Shown here: piece by piece, positions 25,141-37,139 of the stretch
Numbering within the stretch: the first letter of the stretch is position 1
Layout: the number at the start of each line of letters is the position of its first letter
Source: Hemiscyllium ocellatum
Taxonomy: Eukaryota
Direction: 5' to 3'
Length of the DNA stretch: 64,000 nucleotides
Assembly (NCBI RefSeq): GCF_020745735.1
Contig: NC_083449.1
Location: forward strand, 6,856,923 to 6,920,922
Translations under genes and position numbers: made by a program
Notes under the pieces: model-generated
Seen by the model: the letters and a program-made list of their open reading frames with translations, nothing else
Database searches by the model: none
What the model was told of the DNA's origin: nothing

Positions 25141-26035
25141 GAGGTATAGTTAGTAAGTATGCAGATGACACCAAAATTGGAGGTGTAATGGACAGCGAAG
25201 ATGATTACCTCGGATTACAACAGGATCTTGATCAGATGGGCCAATGGGCTGAGAAGTGGCAGATGGAGTTTAATTTAGATAAAGTGAGGTGCTGCATTTT
25301 GGGAAAGCAAATCTTAGCAGGACTTATATACTTAATGATAAGGTCCTAGGGAGTGTTGCTGAACAAAGAGACCTTGGAGTGCAGGTTCATAGCTCCTTGA
25401 AAGTGGAGTTGCAGGTTGATACGATAGTGAAGAAGGCGTATTGTATGCTTTCCTTTATTGGTCAGTGAATTGATTACAGGAGTTGGCAGGTCATGTTGCA
25501 ACTGTACAGGACATTGGTTGGGCCATTGTTGGAATATTGCATGTAATTCTGATCTCTACCTATTGGAAAGATATTGTGAAACCTGAAGGGGTTCAGAAAG
25601 GATTTACAAGGATGTTGCCAGCGTTGGAGTATTTGAGGTATCGGAAGATGTTGAATAGGCTTCAGGCTGTTTTCGGAAGGGTAAACTAATAGAGTTTGAT
25701 AAAATCATGAGAGCTATGGATAGGATAAATAGACAACATTTATTCCATGGGGTAGGGGAGTCCAGAGCGAGAGGGCATAGGCTTAGGGTTAGAGGGGAAG
25801 ATTTAAAAGGGATCTGGAGGGCATGTGTGTATAGAATGAGCTGCCAGAGAAGTTGGTGGAGATTGGTACAGTTACACCATTTAAAAGGAACCTGGATGGA
25901 TACACGAACAGGAAGGGTTTAGAGGGATATGGGCCATGTGCTGGCAAATGAGACTGGATTAGTTCAGGATATCTGGTTGGCATGGATGAGTCCAGCCGAA
26001 GTGTCTGTTTCTGTGCTGTATAAATCTATGACTAT
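25140..26035 (+). mobile_element. CR1 3' portion
   Basis: YADDTKIGG, WAEKWQMEFN and the CR1 tail. Confidence 0.9.
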
Positions 26036-27719
26036 GTGGCAGTGAATAATAACATTTATTGGAAATGGGGTGATGTGCATGGAGAGTGATAAAAACATTG
26101 TAATTCCTTGGTGGGATTTAACTCTTTGTTTGAAATGGAGCTGAATATGCATCTAATTCAAACAGCTCTGAGACTGTGAAAAGGACGTTCTTTAGTCTGA
26201 CAATAGTAACAGAGCTGCTGTTTGTTAGAAGAAACTGATCACACTTGGCTTTGCCCCGAGAGAATATATCTTGGTCCTTCAAGTATTTGTCTGGAGGAAG
26301 ACAGAAGTGACATCTCCTGTAAATCAACATTAAGTTTGACAGTATCATTCATTTAATAATCATTAGGCTGCTTTTCTTTCAAACCGGCAAGTCCAACAGA
26401 ACTACAGGTCTGATTCTAGTCTTGGCCTGAGCTGCTCTTTGTCTGGTGATTATAATAAAAATATCTATACCAATTCACTGAGAACCAGGTACTAACCAAC
26501 GCCTCCACAGCTCCACAATAGGGCTACCAATACAAGTGTGTATCTGGATCTGACAGTTACCTGTCAGTTCCAGTGAGATGAATGTGGAAGTACAGCTGTC
26601 AACCTGTACCTGTCAATAGAAGCTGTGCAAACGTGTGAGTGCATGTACTTATCAATCTGTCCCTGTCACACTCTGGTAAATATAGTTACATTTTGGCATT
26701 GCAGAGACTGACAGGGATGGATTAATAACTACACTCACACATTCACATAGTTATCAATGTATATCTGTCAGTTTATGCTAAATTCATATATCCACACAGA
26801 ATAAATTTGCAGGGACTGGTTGTTAAATACATTTTATATAAATAAAATCTGTTTCACTGATGGGGATGTGAGAGTTTAGTCATCAATATGTACCTGTCAG
26901 TTTCTGCCCTGTGAATGTGTGAGTTTACATACCAATCTGTCCTGAACAGTTTCTACTGTATGTAGACGGTAGTTATCAACCTGAACCTGTCAGTTTCAGC
27001 TATGAGAACGCAAGTGTCATTATCAGTATCTACCTGTCAGTTTCTGCTGTATGAATATTAAATGCAGTCATCAAATTGTACCCATCAGTTCTTCTGTGTG
27101 AATGTAGATATTGATCTCTATTTGTCTGCTTTAGCTATACCAATGTGTGAATGCAATTATCAAACAGTACCTGTCAGGTTTTGCTATTTGACACCAGAGT
27201 GTCTTTGTCAATCTGTTTCTACCACGTCAATTTGAGAGAGTCGATACCAATCTGTCCCTGTCAGTTTCTTCCCTGTCAATATGTGAATACAGTTATTGAT
27301 CAGTACCCATCAGATTCTGCTGTGAATATGGGTGTATTAATCAAACTGTAGTGGTCAGTTTCAGCGATGTGAATGTGGGAGTACAGTTACCATTCTCTAC
27401 TGGTCAGTTTCTTCTTTGTCACAGTGAGTGTAACTCAATCTGTACCTTTCAGACTCTGCTGCGTGAATACATAAATATAGTTATCAATCTGCAGCTGTCA
27501 GTTTCTACTTGGTGAATATGTTTATATAATTGTCAATCTATCCCTGCTATGTGAACTTGCGAGCTTTGTGAATGTGAGAGTTTAGTTATCAATATTACCC
27601 TGTCACGCTCTGTAATTCCAGTGTTTTGAGTGTATTTATTCATCTTTTCCTGTCAGTTTGTGTGACTGTAGTTATCAGCCTTTTCCCTTCAGATTCTGCT
27701 ATATGAACATAAGACTACA

Positions 27720-28255
27720 GTTATTCATTTAATTATATCATTGTTATCACATGTCCTGAGATAAAGTATTGTTGTGTGCACCTTACAGGTAAATCATCTC
27801 ATCCAAAGCCCATCAAGGTAATAGAACAGAATACAGTGTTAAAGCTGCAGAGAAGGTGCAGACCCCACCTTCATTAGCATCACAATTTAGAGGTCCATTC
27901 AAAAGTCTAATGATAGCGGAGAAGCAGTTGTTCAACCTATTGGATAGTGTATTCAAACTTTTGTATTTTGTACCTGACAGACCAGTGGAGGAGTGTATAA
28001 CTGGGGTCGGATGGGTTGTTGGTTGCTTTCCTGAGACAGGGGGAAGTGTAAATTGAGCCTTTAGATGGAAGGCTGCTTTCAGTGATGGACTGGGCTGAGT
28101 CACAACTCTCTGTAGTTTCTTGTCGTCTTGGGCAGAACTGAAGCCATACTATGCTGTGACACATCCAAATAGGATGCTTTCTGTGGTACATCTATAAAGA
28201 CATGCAAGAGTCTTTATGGATATGCTGAATTCCCTTAGCCATCTGAGGAAATCTG
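27720..28255 (-). mobile_element. Rex1/Babar-like LINE 3' end
   Basis: LSGTKYKSLNTLSNRLNNCFSAIIRLLN resembles the Rex1 C-terminal motif. Confidence 0.7.
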
Positions 28256-28265
28256 CTTGGTGAAT

Positions 28266-28866
28266 GTCATAGAGATGTACAGCGTGGAAACAGACCCTTC
28301 AGTCCAACTTGTCCATGCCAACTACATATCCCAACCCAATCTAGTCCCACCTGGCAGCACCCGGCCCATATCCCTCCAAATACTTCCTATTCATATACCC
28401 ATCTCAATGCCTTTTAAATGCTGCAATTGTACCAGCTTCCACCACTTCCTCCTTGCAGGTCATTCCATACAAGTACCACCCTCTGCATGAAAATGTGCCC
28501 CTTAGGTCTCTTTTCCCTCTCACCCTAAATCTATGCCCTCTAATTCTGGACTCTCTCTACCCCAGAGAAAAGACTTTGTCTATTTATCCTTTCCATGCCC
28601 CTCATGATTTTATAAACCTCTATCATGTCGCCCCTCACCCTCTGATGCTCCAGGGAAAACAGCCCTAGCCTATGCAACCTCTCCCGATAGCTCAAATCCT
28701 CCAAACCTGGCAACATCCTTGTAAATCTTTTCTGAAACCTTTCAAGATTCACAATATCATTCCTACAGGAAGGAGACCGGAATTGCATGCAATATTCCAA
28801 CAGTGGCCTAACCAATGTCCTGTACAGCTGCAAGATGATCTCCCAACAACTGTACTCAATACTGAA
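28266..28866 (-). mobile_element. CR1 3' portion
   Basis: LYRTLVRPLLEYCMQF...FTRMLPGL. Confidence 0.9.
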
Positions 28867-29128
28867 TGTGTTTGGGTAATTGTCGATCTAAGTCTGCCAG
28901 GTTCTGCTATGTGAATATGAGAATTTATTTTTTAACAGTCCCTGTCAGTTTTTGCTTCATGAATGTTTTTAGTTAAGAACCCTTCCCGGTCAGGCTCTGT
29001 TACGTAAATGTGAGTGCATTTATCAAATGTTTGCATGACAGATTTTCTTTTGTGAGCATGTGAATGTGGTTATCAATTTTCTCTGGTAGTTTCTGCTGTG
29101 AATATGAAAATGTAGTTATTAATCTCTA

Positions 29129-29868
29129 AATGAAAACCAAAAGAACTGCAGATGCTGGAAATCAGAAACTAAAAAAATTGCTGGAAAAGTTCAGCAGGTC
29201 TGACCGAGTCTGTGGACAGAAATCAGTTAAAATTTCCAGTGTAGTAACCCTTCCTGTGAAGAGATGGTAGCCAGGAAAATATTAGTTTTACTGCAGAAGA
29301 TAGGGTGTGTTGAAGGGTAAGGGAATAAATGGTGGATGGATATAGAATCCAAAGAGTGGGAAGAGCAGTTGGACCGATAAACTAGTGGATCACAGTCAGA
29401 CAGGGATGGTAATAGCTATTAATAGAGATTGTTAGTGAGTTGTGGTGTACAATAGAAGACCCTATGACGTGAGAGGTTTTGGGAAATGATACAGGAGAGC
29501 TCTAGCTCTAAAGTTGTAGAATTCAATATTGAGTCCAGAAGGCTGTCGACTTCCGAAGCAGAAAATAAGGTGCTGTTCTTCCAGCTTGCACTGAACTTTG
29601 CTGGAGCACTGCAGCAAGTCTGAAACAGAGATGTTGGCCAGGGAACAGGGTGGTGTGTTGAAGTGGCACGCTACTAGAAGTTTAGGGACATTTTTTGTGG
29701 ACAGAATGTAGGTGTTCTGCACAGTGGACACCCAATCCACAAGACCAAATGGTAGCTAGGAAAATGCACACAATCAGTTCTGAGGAGGGGTCACTAGACC
29801 TCAAATGTTAAGTCTGATTTCCCTCCATCAATCTGCTAAACCTGTGGATTTTCCAGCAATTTTTGTTC
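29129..29868 (-). mobile_element. Old Penelope-like fragment (GIY-YIG end) with an inverted tail copy
   Basis: KLEEQHLIFCFGSRQPSGLNIEF. Inverted tail at ~29775-29868. TSD ttaatctcta/ttaatttcta. Confidence 0.75.
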
Positions 29869-30569
29869 TTAATTTCTACCTGTCAGTTTCTGTGCTGTAA
29901 ACATGAGTGTCATTATCAAACTGTACATGTCAATGTATGCGATTTGAAACAGGGAGTGTTATTAATCTGTTCCAATAAGTTTTGATGATGAGAATGTAGC
30001 TATCAGTGTTCCTCTGAAATGTCCTGCTGTGTGCACATGTGCATGATTGTTCAATCTGTCCCCATTATATTCTGCTCTGGGTATCTCAGGATGGAGTTAT
30101 GAATCTGTATCTGTCAGCATCTTATTTATAAATGTGCAAATGCATTAAGCAGACTGTAGCTGCCAGTGTTTGCTAAGTGAATGGGTTAGTTTAGTTGTCT
30201 ATGGGTGTGCACGCGCACGTGTATATTTATGTATCATTCCCTCCCTTTCAGTTTCTGCAGAGTGAATATGTGAGAGCAGCTATCAGTCTACACCTGTCAG
30301 TTTCTGTCATGTCCACATGAGTGTTTTGGAATTGATCTATACTTGTCAGTTTCTGCTGTGTGACTGAGAGAGTCAAGTACTCAATCAGTACCAACTACTT
30401 TCAACTCTTTTATGTACGAAAGTTGCTTAATTCTCTGGCAGCCAATAATATTCTAAGAGTCCAGTCATCACCAGGAATCTATGGTTGATTGTCAGGAAAA
30501 CCCATCTGGTTCACTAATGTCCTGTAAGGAAACTGCCATCCTTGTGTCTCCAGACCTGCAGCAATGTGG

Positions 30570-30887
30570 TTAGGTTTAGATTAGGTTACTTACAGTGTGC
30601 AAACAGGCCCTTCGGCCCAACAAGTCCACACTGGCCCACCGAAGCGCAACCCACCCAGACCTATTCCCCTACATTTACCCATTTACCTAACACTACGGGC
30701 AATTTAGCATGGCCAATCCACTTGACCAGCACATCTTTGGGCTGTGGGAGGAAACCAGAGCACCCAGAGGAAACCCACGCAGACACAGGGAGAATGTGCA
30801 AACTCCACACAGTCAGTCGCCTGAGGCGGGAATTGAACCCGGGTCTCTGGCGCTGTGAGGCAGCAGTGCTAACCACTGTGCCACCCA
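30570..30887 (-). mobile_element. HE1-type SINE nested in an older SINE/LINE-tail element (~30460-30990)
   Basis: Near full-length reverse match to 56258-56490. Confidence 0.9.
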
Positions 30888-33303
30888 CAAATGGTTGACT
30901 CATAACTACCCCCTGAGCAGTTAGGGATGGGCAATAAATACTGGCCTAGCCAGTGATGCCCTCATCCCATGAATGAATTTAGGAAAAAGAATTCTCTGTG
31001 ACTGAGATTCATTCCGTGATAGTAGTTTTTAAGGGTGTTGTGGTTGGGCCTTAAACTCTTCTGCATTTTGTGATTTATGACAGTCACAGAATTGATACAG
31101 CCATTCAGCCCACTGTGTCTGCACTGGGACATTCTGTTGTTCATCTGTTCTCCATACTAATTCCCACTAATTGTTGGGCGTCTGAACTTCATCCACCTAC
31201 TGCCAGTATCTCAAGGTAAATGCTAATGGGAAATTAGTTCTGCAGTATTCTGCCATTGAATAACTATAGTGCCAGTTTGGTTTTGTATGCAACAACATCA
31301 GGTGGAGTGTGAGAATCTCATTCTCATTTATACGTTGAGTAGTATTTGTTTGGTCTGAGTGTTGGATAAACTCGATCAATATTCACTAACACTGTGTGGG
31401 AGAGATGAATGTTGGTTCAATGTTTACCTTTGCCATGAATCTGAATGTTATTATTTTCAGACTTTTTTTTTTACATTTTATGTATGTAGGAGTCTTTATC
31501 AGTTACTGCTGTAAAATGTAACATCTAACACTAATTGAAGCAATTAATGGTTTGGTGTGTCAATTTACAACTGTCCATATTTGGAAATATCTGAGCCTAA
31601 ATTTCATTATTTTTTTCCCTTTCACCATTAACTGGCTGAGTGTGAGTGAATTTTCTGTTGTGCTGCCAATCTGTATCACTTTGAAGGAGCGGTACTGGTC
31701 TATATAACACTGACATTTTCTGCATATCTCCTTATGTTTCCAGTTCTGCATATCATGATCTGATACACTTTGAGGTAGGTGAATACTTCAACAGCACTGC
31801 AGCTGACTGAAGACAATGCTCCTTGTGCAGAAAAGAGAACTGGCCAATTCTATTTTATTTACCAATTTGGACAAGATTTGGTGCAAATCATTAGCAGTAT
31901 TCTTGTGTTGCTCTCTGGTAGGGCGGGGGAAAACAAAAGGTCTTTTATTTTCCACTATCAGTGAAGAATATTTAAACAGTCAAATTCAATTTAATGAACA
32001 ATACACTTGTGTTGGTTAAAATAAAGGAGCAGCTTGACAAACCTATCAATTTTAGCTTTTTCTTTCTTTCTGCACTACTGTAAATAGTAGTGATCTGATT
32101 CCATTGACTCCTTGGCAAAACTATATCCTGATTCCTTGATTTATTTTTGTAGTTTAATGAAGAGATAGTCAAGATGAATGCAGGGTTCTCCATAGATTTC
32201 TTGAAACAAATTTTGAAAGACACACAGAATAAGAATAAAAAAACTTTCTTCCTGGACTGAAAAGACAAACTCTGACAAAATGATGAAATGGAGAATGGCT
32301 TTATGATACAGGTGGGGATGACAACTTCTCTGCTGCCATGAAAAATCTACGGAAATGGAATACTCATTGAGTTAACAATTCTAATCCCTTTCAATCAACT
32401 GTGTTGTTATAGACTGTTTTTGATCAGTGCAGACTTAATAATTTGAATAGACGTATTCTGTGCTGTTGATCTCTGACTTGAGATCCGAGAGTAGAAATTA
32501 GTTTGATGAAATGTTTTCTGCTAGTTGCGGTGTATATGGATGTTCATCACTGTTAGATGTTGTAATGTGTATCTCAGGATGGTGTACGAATTTGCAACTA
32601 TTGTAAATCAGTCAGTAGCTCTGTATAAGATAGAATAGTGTGCGTGCATGCACAAACACACACATGGGGGTGGGATGGAGGTGGTGGTTGTGGGTGTGTA
32701 CACACGATGAGCACTCTCTCCACATCAGGCTTTGGCCCAGACATTCATTTGGAATTTACATAGTTTAATTGTTGTGTCTTTTCCAGGACAATGATTTATC
32801 GAAAATGTAATTTTGACTTTCTCAGTTACTGAAATTATCAAAGTTTCCTTCTACATCTGCACTCAATATCTTCTTCATATAGCCTTGTTGTAACAATGTA
32901 ACAGCATGACTTGTTTGTTCACCTTGATTGTAACTTTAAAATTACCTTTACTACACGTGGATTAATGTAATTCCTGAATGTATATTTCATGAGGATACAG
33001 TCTATCCCACTTCAGATATTGCAAATGATAATTAGCTATGTATAATGGAATTTGTTGGAACGGTGCTTTTGAGCATTGAGTATTCATACAGTCATAGAGA
33101 TGTACAGCATGGAAACAGACTCTTCGGTCCAACCCGTCCACTCCGATAGGAGTATAAAGAGAATTTGTAAAAAATATATTTCATCAGTTGTGTCCGATTC
33201 TTGGATTGAATGCATATTTCTGGAAATTGAGCTCAATGTGTATCTGACTCAATCCACTCTGACAGAGGAAAGAATGTTGTCCAATCTGACAACTGTAACA
33301 TAC

Positions 33304-33384
33304 CTGTTAGTTGTTAGAAGCAGATGGTCATACTTGGCTTGTACTGAGGAAATATTACATTATCTTGGTCCATCAAACATTTGC
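33304..33384 (-). other. Candidate non-coding exon 3 (81 nt), unit 2
   Basis: Acceptor tcttttcttactccag and donor CAG|gtatgt. Confidence 0.55.
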
Positions 33385-33793
33385 CTGGAGTAAGAAAAGA
33401 GAGATATCATCATTTCTGAGTAGAAAGAAATCAACTGATCAACACAACATTCAAGTCATGATCATGATACTTCTGTTTTTAAAAAGAACAAGGTCTGGTT
33501 ACAAACAACACGGAGCTCCTCCCAGTCTTTTTCTGTTTGCGAAATTCTGAAACAATTTACTCAGATGAAAGAAAACTAACCAACATATGCACAGCTCCAA
33601 AAATAGAATAATTACACAGTTCAAAATTCAGCTTCCACAAAAAAAACACTAACTGCTGAAGGAAGAACAACGGGCACTTTTATCACATTTAGATCACTGT
33701 CCTTTATTTCCCAACGATTCAAAGTCTATTCGCAACAAACAGCGGGAAACAGAAGCCAAACAATCAATTCCATCAGTTTTTAGGGGATTAAGA

Positions 33794-34215
33794 ACCACAA
33801 GAATGTCCCACAGCAGCTTCTTCCCGCTCTGCCTCCCTCAGCAGGCCCACACACAGCCCGAGAAAGGCCTCTCTCTTCCCCCCCAGCCCGCTCACTCCAA
33901 GTTCCGGGACCAGTTCCTGCTCCGCTCGGCCTCTTACAAACAGCCCCCGGTTCTCCCTGAACTCACCCCGAATCAATCCCGGTCTCGGAGCCCCCTCTGT
34001 GTCCCAGGTTCCCATCCCGATGTGCTGCTGGAAGGAGCCTGCTGTTCCCTCGCTTCCCTGGGCGCTGATCTCTCCATTGCGGTCTGTTTCAAACAAACCT
34101 CTTGCACTCACTGAGTAAATGCTCCTCAATGGCAGCGCTGGGGGAAGGCCTCACGCATGCGCTCCTCTACTCGGGAACAATCAGCATTGGAGGAGGGACT
34201 GCATCGCGCATGCGC
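33794..34215 (-). promoter_or_regulatory. Conserved GC-rich cassette, copy 2
   Basis: Two substitutions versus copy 1 across the 312-bp ORF span. NRF1-like motifs at 34153-34162 and 34206-34215 (perfect GCGCATGCGC). Confidence 0.65.
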
Positions 34216-34759
34216 TGCTTTTCCCAACGATTCCTAGAAACAAACATCAATTGATCATTTCCCCAATTCCCTTTTCTCCCAGTCTGAGCAAAGGAACTGG
34301 GGCTTTGGAGGAAAGGGCAGAGAAGGTTTCAAGCTGGGCCATTGTCCCTTTATGAAGCTCATTCCCAGGTTATGCTAATAACTCCTCCCTCCCGCTCTCT
34401 CACAATCTGATCAGGGAGCGGAGAAACTGGCAGCCACTCGGCCCACCCCCTGTGCTCCCCCATTCAATAACATCACATTAACTGTGGTAATCCTGCTGAC
34501 CCTCATCCACAAATATTAAGACCTTTAAGTAAGTGACATAAGTGGAAAATAGTAACACAAATGAAATAAGTGGAACACTCTTACTAAGGCAGAATATAAC
34601 TGTTGCGGAGTGTCAGTCCTCTTTCTGGTTCAGGAGGCGTGTGTGCAAGAATGTCTCTAGGCCTCGATTTAGTGTATTGTGGACAACAGATGTTAGTGTC
34701 AGGTATGTTGCAGACAGAAGCTTTGTCATGTATGGTATGCCACAATGAGAGACCCCAGG

Positions 34760-35060
34760 TGTTTTTGTTTATTCACTCTGGGGACGTGCATGTTGCTGGC
34801 TGAGCTTCACCTTTATTCCCCTTTGAGCAGGCGGTGGTGAGCCACCTTCTGGAACAGCTGTTGTCCATGTGCTGCCCACAATGACATGAACAGGGAATTC
34901 CAGGGTCTTGATCAAGCAACAGTGAAGGAAAGGGGATGTATTTCCAAGTGATTATAGTGTGTGGCTTAGAGAGAAACTTTCCCTCTATTAAGCTGATGTT
35001 TGCCTATATCAGCTGCATTTGACTTTTCAGATGGAGGTTGCCCTGAGTTTGGAAGGTGTT
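34760..35060 (-). mobile_element. Old LINE 3' end (RTEX-like)
   Basis: Homologous to 63290-63710. Confidence 0.5.
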
Positions 35061-35202
35061 ACAATTTACAAGTTATTACTTTTGTAATTTTAACAAAAAT
35101 TTAGGGTTCTGTGAGATAATATTTGATCCCAAGAATAGGCATACAAATTGGAAAAAAAAATAAACAGACAAACATAAAGCCTGGGGACAATTTAGAATTC
35201 AG

Positions 35203-35707
35203 GGAAGAGGAGATGACCTGGGGTTTGCAGTGAGAGAAAAACTCACTGAGATCTTTGTAGAGAGAGGAGGAGAACTTCTTCAAGGTAGCATCCTTACAAG
35301 AGGTTTCACCGTAAGCTTAGAATCAACTTCGTGGGCTTCACCAGTTTCCACATTTCCCCTCCCCACACCTTACACAGTTTCAACCTGCCAGCTCAGCAGC
35401 ATCGTCATGAACTGTCCTACCTGCCAATCTTCCTTCACATCTATCCCTTCCACCCTCCTCTCTGACTTATTACCTTCATCTCCACTTCCATCCACCTATT
35501 ACACTCTTAGCTACCTTCTTCCCAGCCCCACTACACTCTCATTTATCTCTCCACCCTGGAGGATCCCAGCCTCATTCCTGATGAAAGGGTTTTGCCCGAA
35601 ACGTCGATTTTCCTGCTCCCTAGATGCTGCCTGACCTGCTGTGCTTTTCCAGCACCACTTTAATGTTGACTCTGATCTTCACCATCTGCAGTCCTCACAT
35701 TTGCCAT
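35203..35707 (+). mobile_element. Penelope-like 3' fragment with a hammerhead core at ~35574-35608 and a 14-bp TSD
   Basis: TSD aatttagaattcag at 35189-35202 and 35708-35721. CTGATGA...GAAACGTC core. Confidence 0.8.
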
Positions 35708-36827
35708 AATTTAGAATTCAGCAAGTGATGAGATAAAGGGCATTGATCAAGAAAGAGAGAATGAGGACTGGAGTAAACTTGCAGATGTTTTGAAAAAGAA
35801 ACTAACTGGTAAATTATTGATAAATGTGTAAAGGGAAAATGGAAGAATACATGGGTTGGTTAACACAAAGACAGGTCTCTTACGATCAAAAACAGACAGT
35901 CTATATTGGGGAGCAAAAATGGCTATCCATCCAAATATCTAACTGTTGTTCTCTGATCACAAAGGACAACACAGATGATACACAAGGAACGTTGTGAAAC
36001 ACAGAGTTCAGTGAGAGGGAAAAACTGAAACAAATCAGTATTATTTGGAAAATTATATTGGGACAATGGATAGATTGAAGCTGGGAAACAGCAGGGCCTG
36101 ATCATCCACATCCCAGAGTACTTAACATAGTGGTCACAGAAATAGTGAATGGTCATGTTCCAAGATTCCATAGACATTGTAATATTTTCAACAGATTGAG
36201 TTAGCTAATGTAACCAATCTATTTGAAAAGCAAGTTAGAGATAATCTGGGAATTATAGGCCACTCAGCCTGCAGGAAAAAAATTACTTGCAGAGTATCTG
36301 CGGGACAAAAACGATTGGGACCAAACAAAGTCAGCATGGATTCGACATGCCTGTTCCTGTGTCATAATGTTCTATGTTCTCAGCTTGGCAAATCTGCTGG
36401 AGTAGAGGTGATAAGCAGATGGCATCATTCGGATGTTTCTTTTGACAAAATCTCACATAAAACAAAATAAAGAACATGGTGTTGAGATGGATTTAAAAAA
36501 CTGGTTGGCTGAAAGAAAACACGTAGAGGGAATAAATGGATCATTTTTTCGATGGCAGGCAGTGACTAGGAGTCATGGCAAGAATCATGATTAGAATCCT
36601 ACTGTTCACAATGTAAGGTTTTTAGTAAGGACAGTCAGAGTTGATAAAAACGAAATTGGAAAAGCACAGCATCAGAGGAGCAGCAAAGTCAATGTTTTAT
36701 TTGCAAGTACAAATAAATCATATGTTAGACATAGACAGCTGGGGTGAAAAGCATCTCTTGAACATTATGCAAATAGTAAGGGCATTCTTGAGAGGGAGAT
36801 TAGGAAATCAAACAGGGGATACCAAAG

Positions 36828-37135
36828 AAGGCGTGGCATGGTGGCAAGCACTGCTGCCTCACAGCACCAGAGACTCGGGTTCAATTCCCGCCTCAGGTGA
36901 CTCTCTGTGGAGTTTGCACATTCTCCCCGTGTATAAGTGTTTGCTCTGGGTGCTCTGGCTTCCTCCCACACTCCAAAATTGTGCAGGTGAGGTGAATTGG
37001 CCGTGCAAAATTGCCCATAGTGTTAGGTCAAGGGGTAAATATGGGGGAATGGGTCTGGGTGGGTTGCACTTCAGCGGGTCGGTGTAGACTTGTTGGGCCA
37101 AAGGGCCTGTTTCAACAATGTGGGTAATCTAATCC
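36828..37135 (+). mobile_element. HE1-type SINE
   Basis: gcactgctgcctcacagc...ggttcaattccc...ggagtttgcacattctcccc. Confidence 0.88.
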
Positions 37136-37139
37136 AAAG

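Larger units (their letters stand above)
26545..30390 (+). repeat. ~48-bp minisatellite array interrupted by Rex1, CR1 and PLE insertions
   Basis: Same unit as 8575-9580. Repeat blocks at 26545-27735, 28870-29128 and 29869-30390. Confidence 0.85.
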
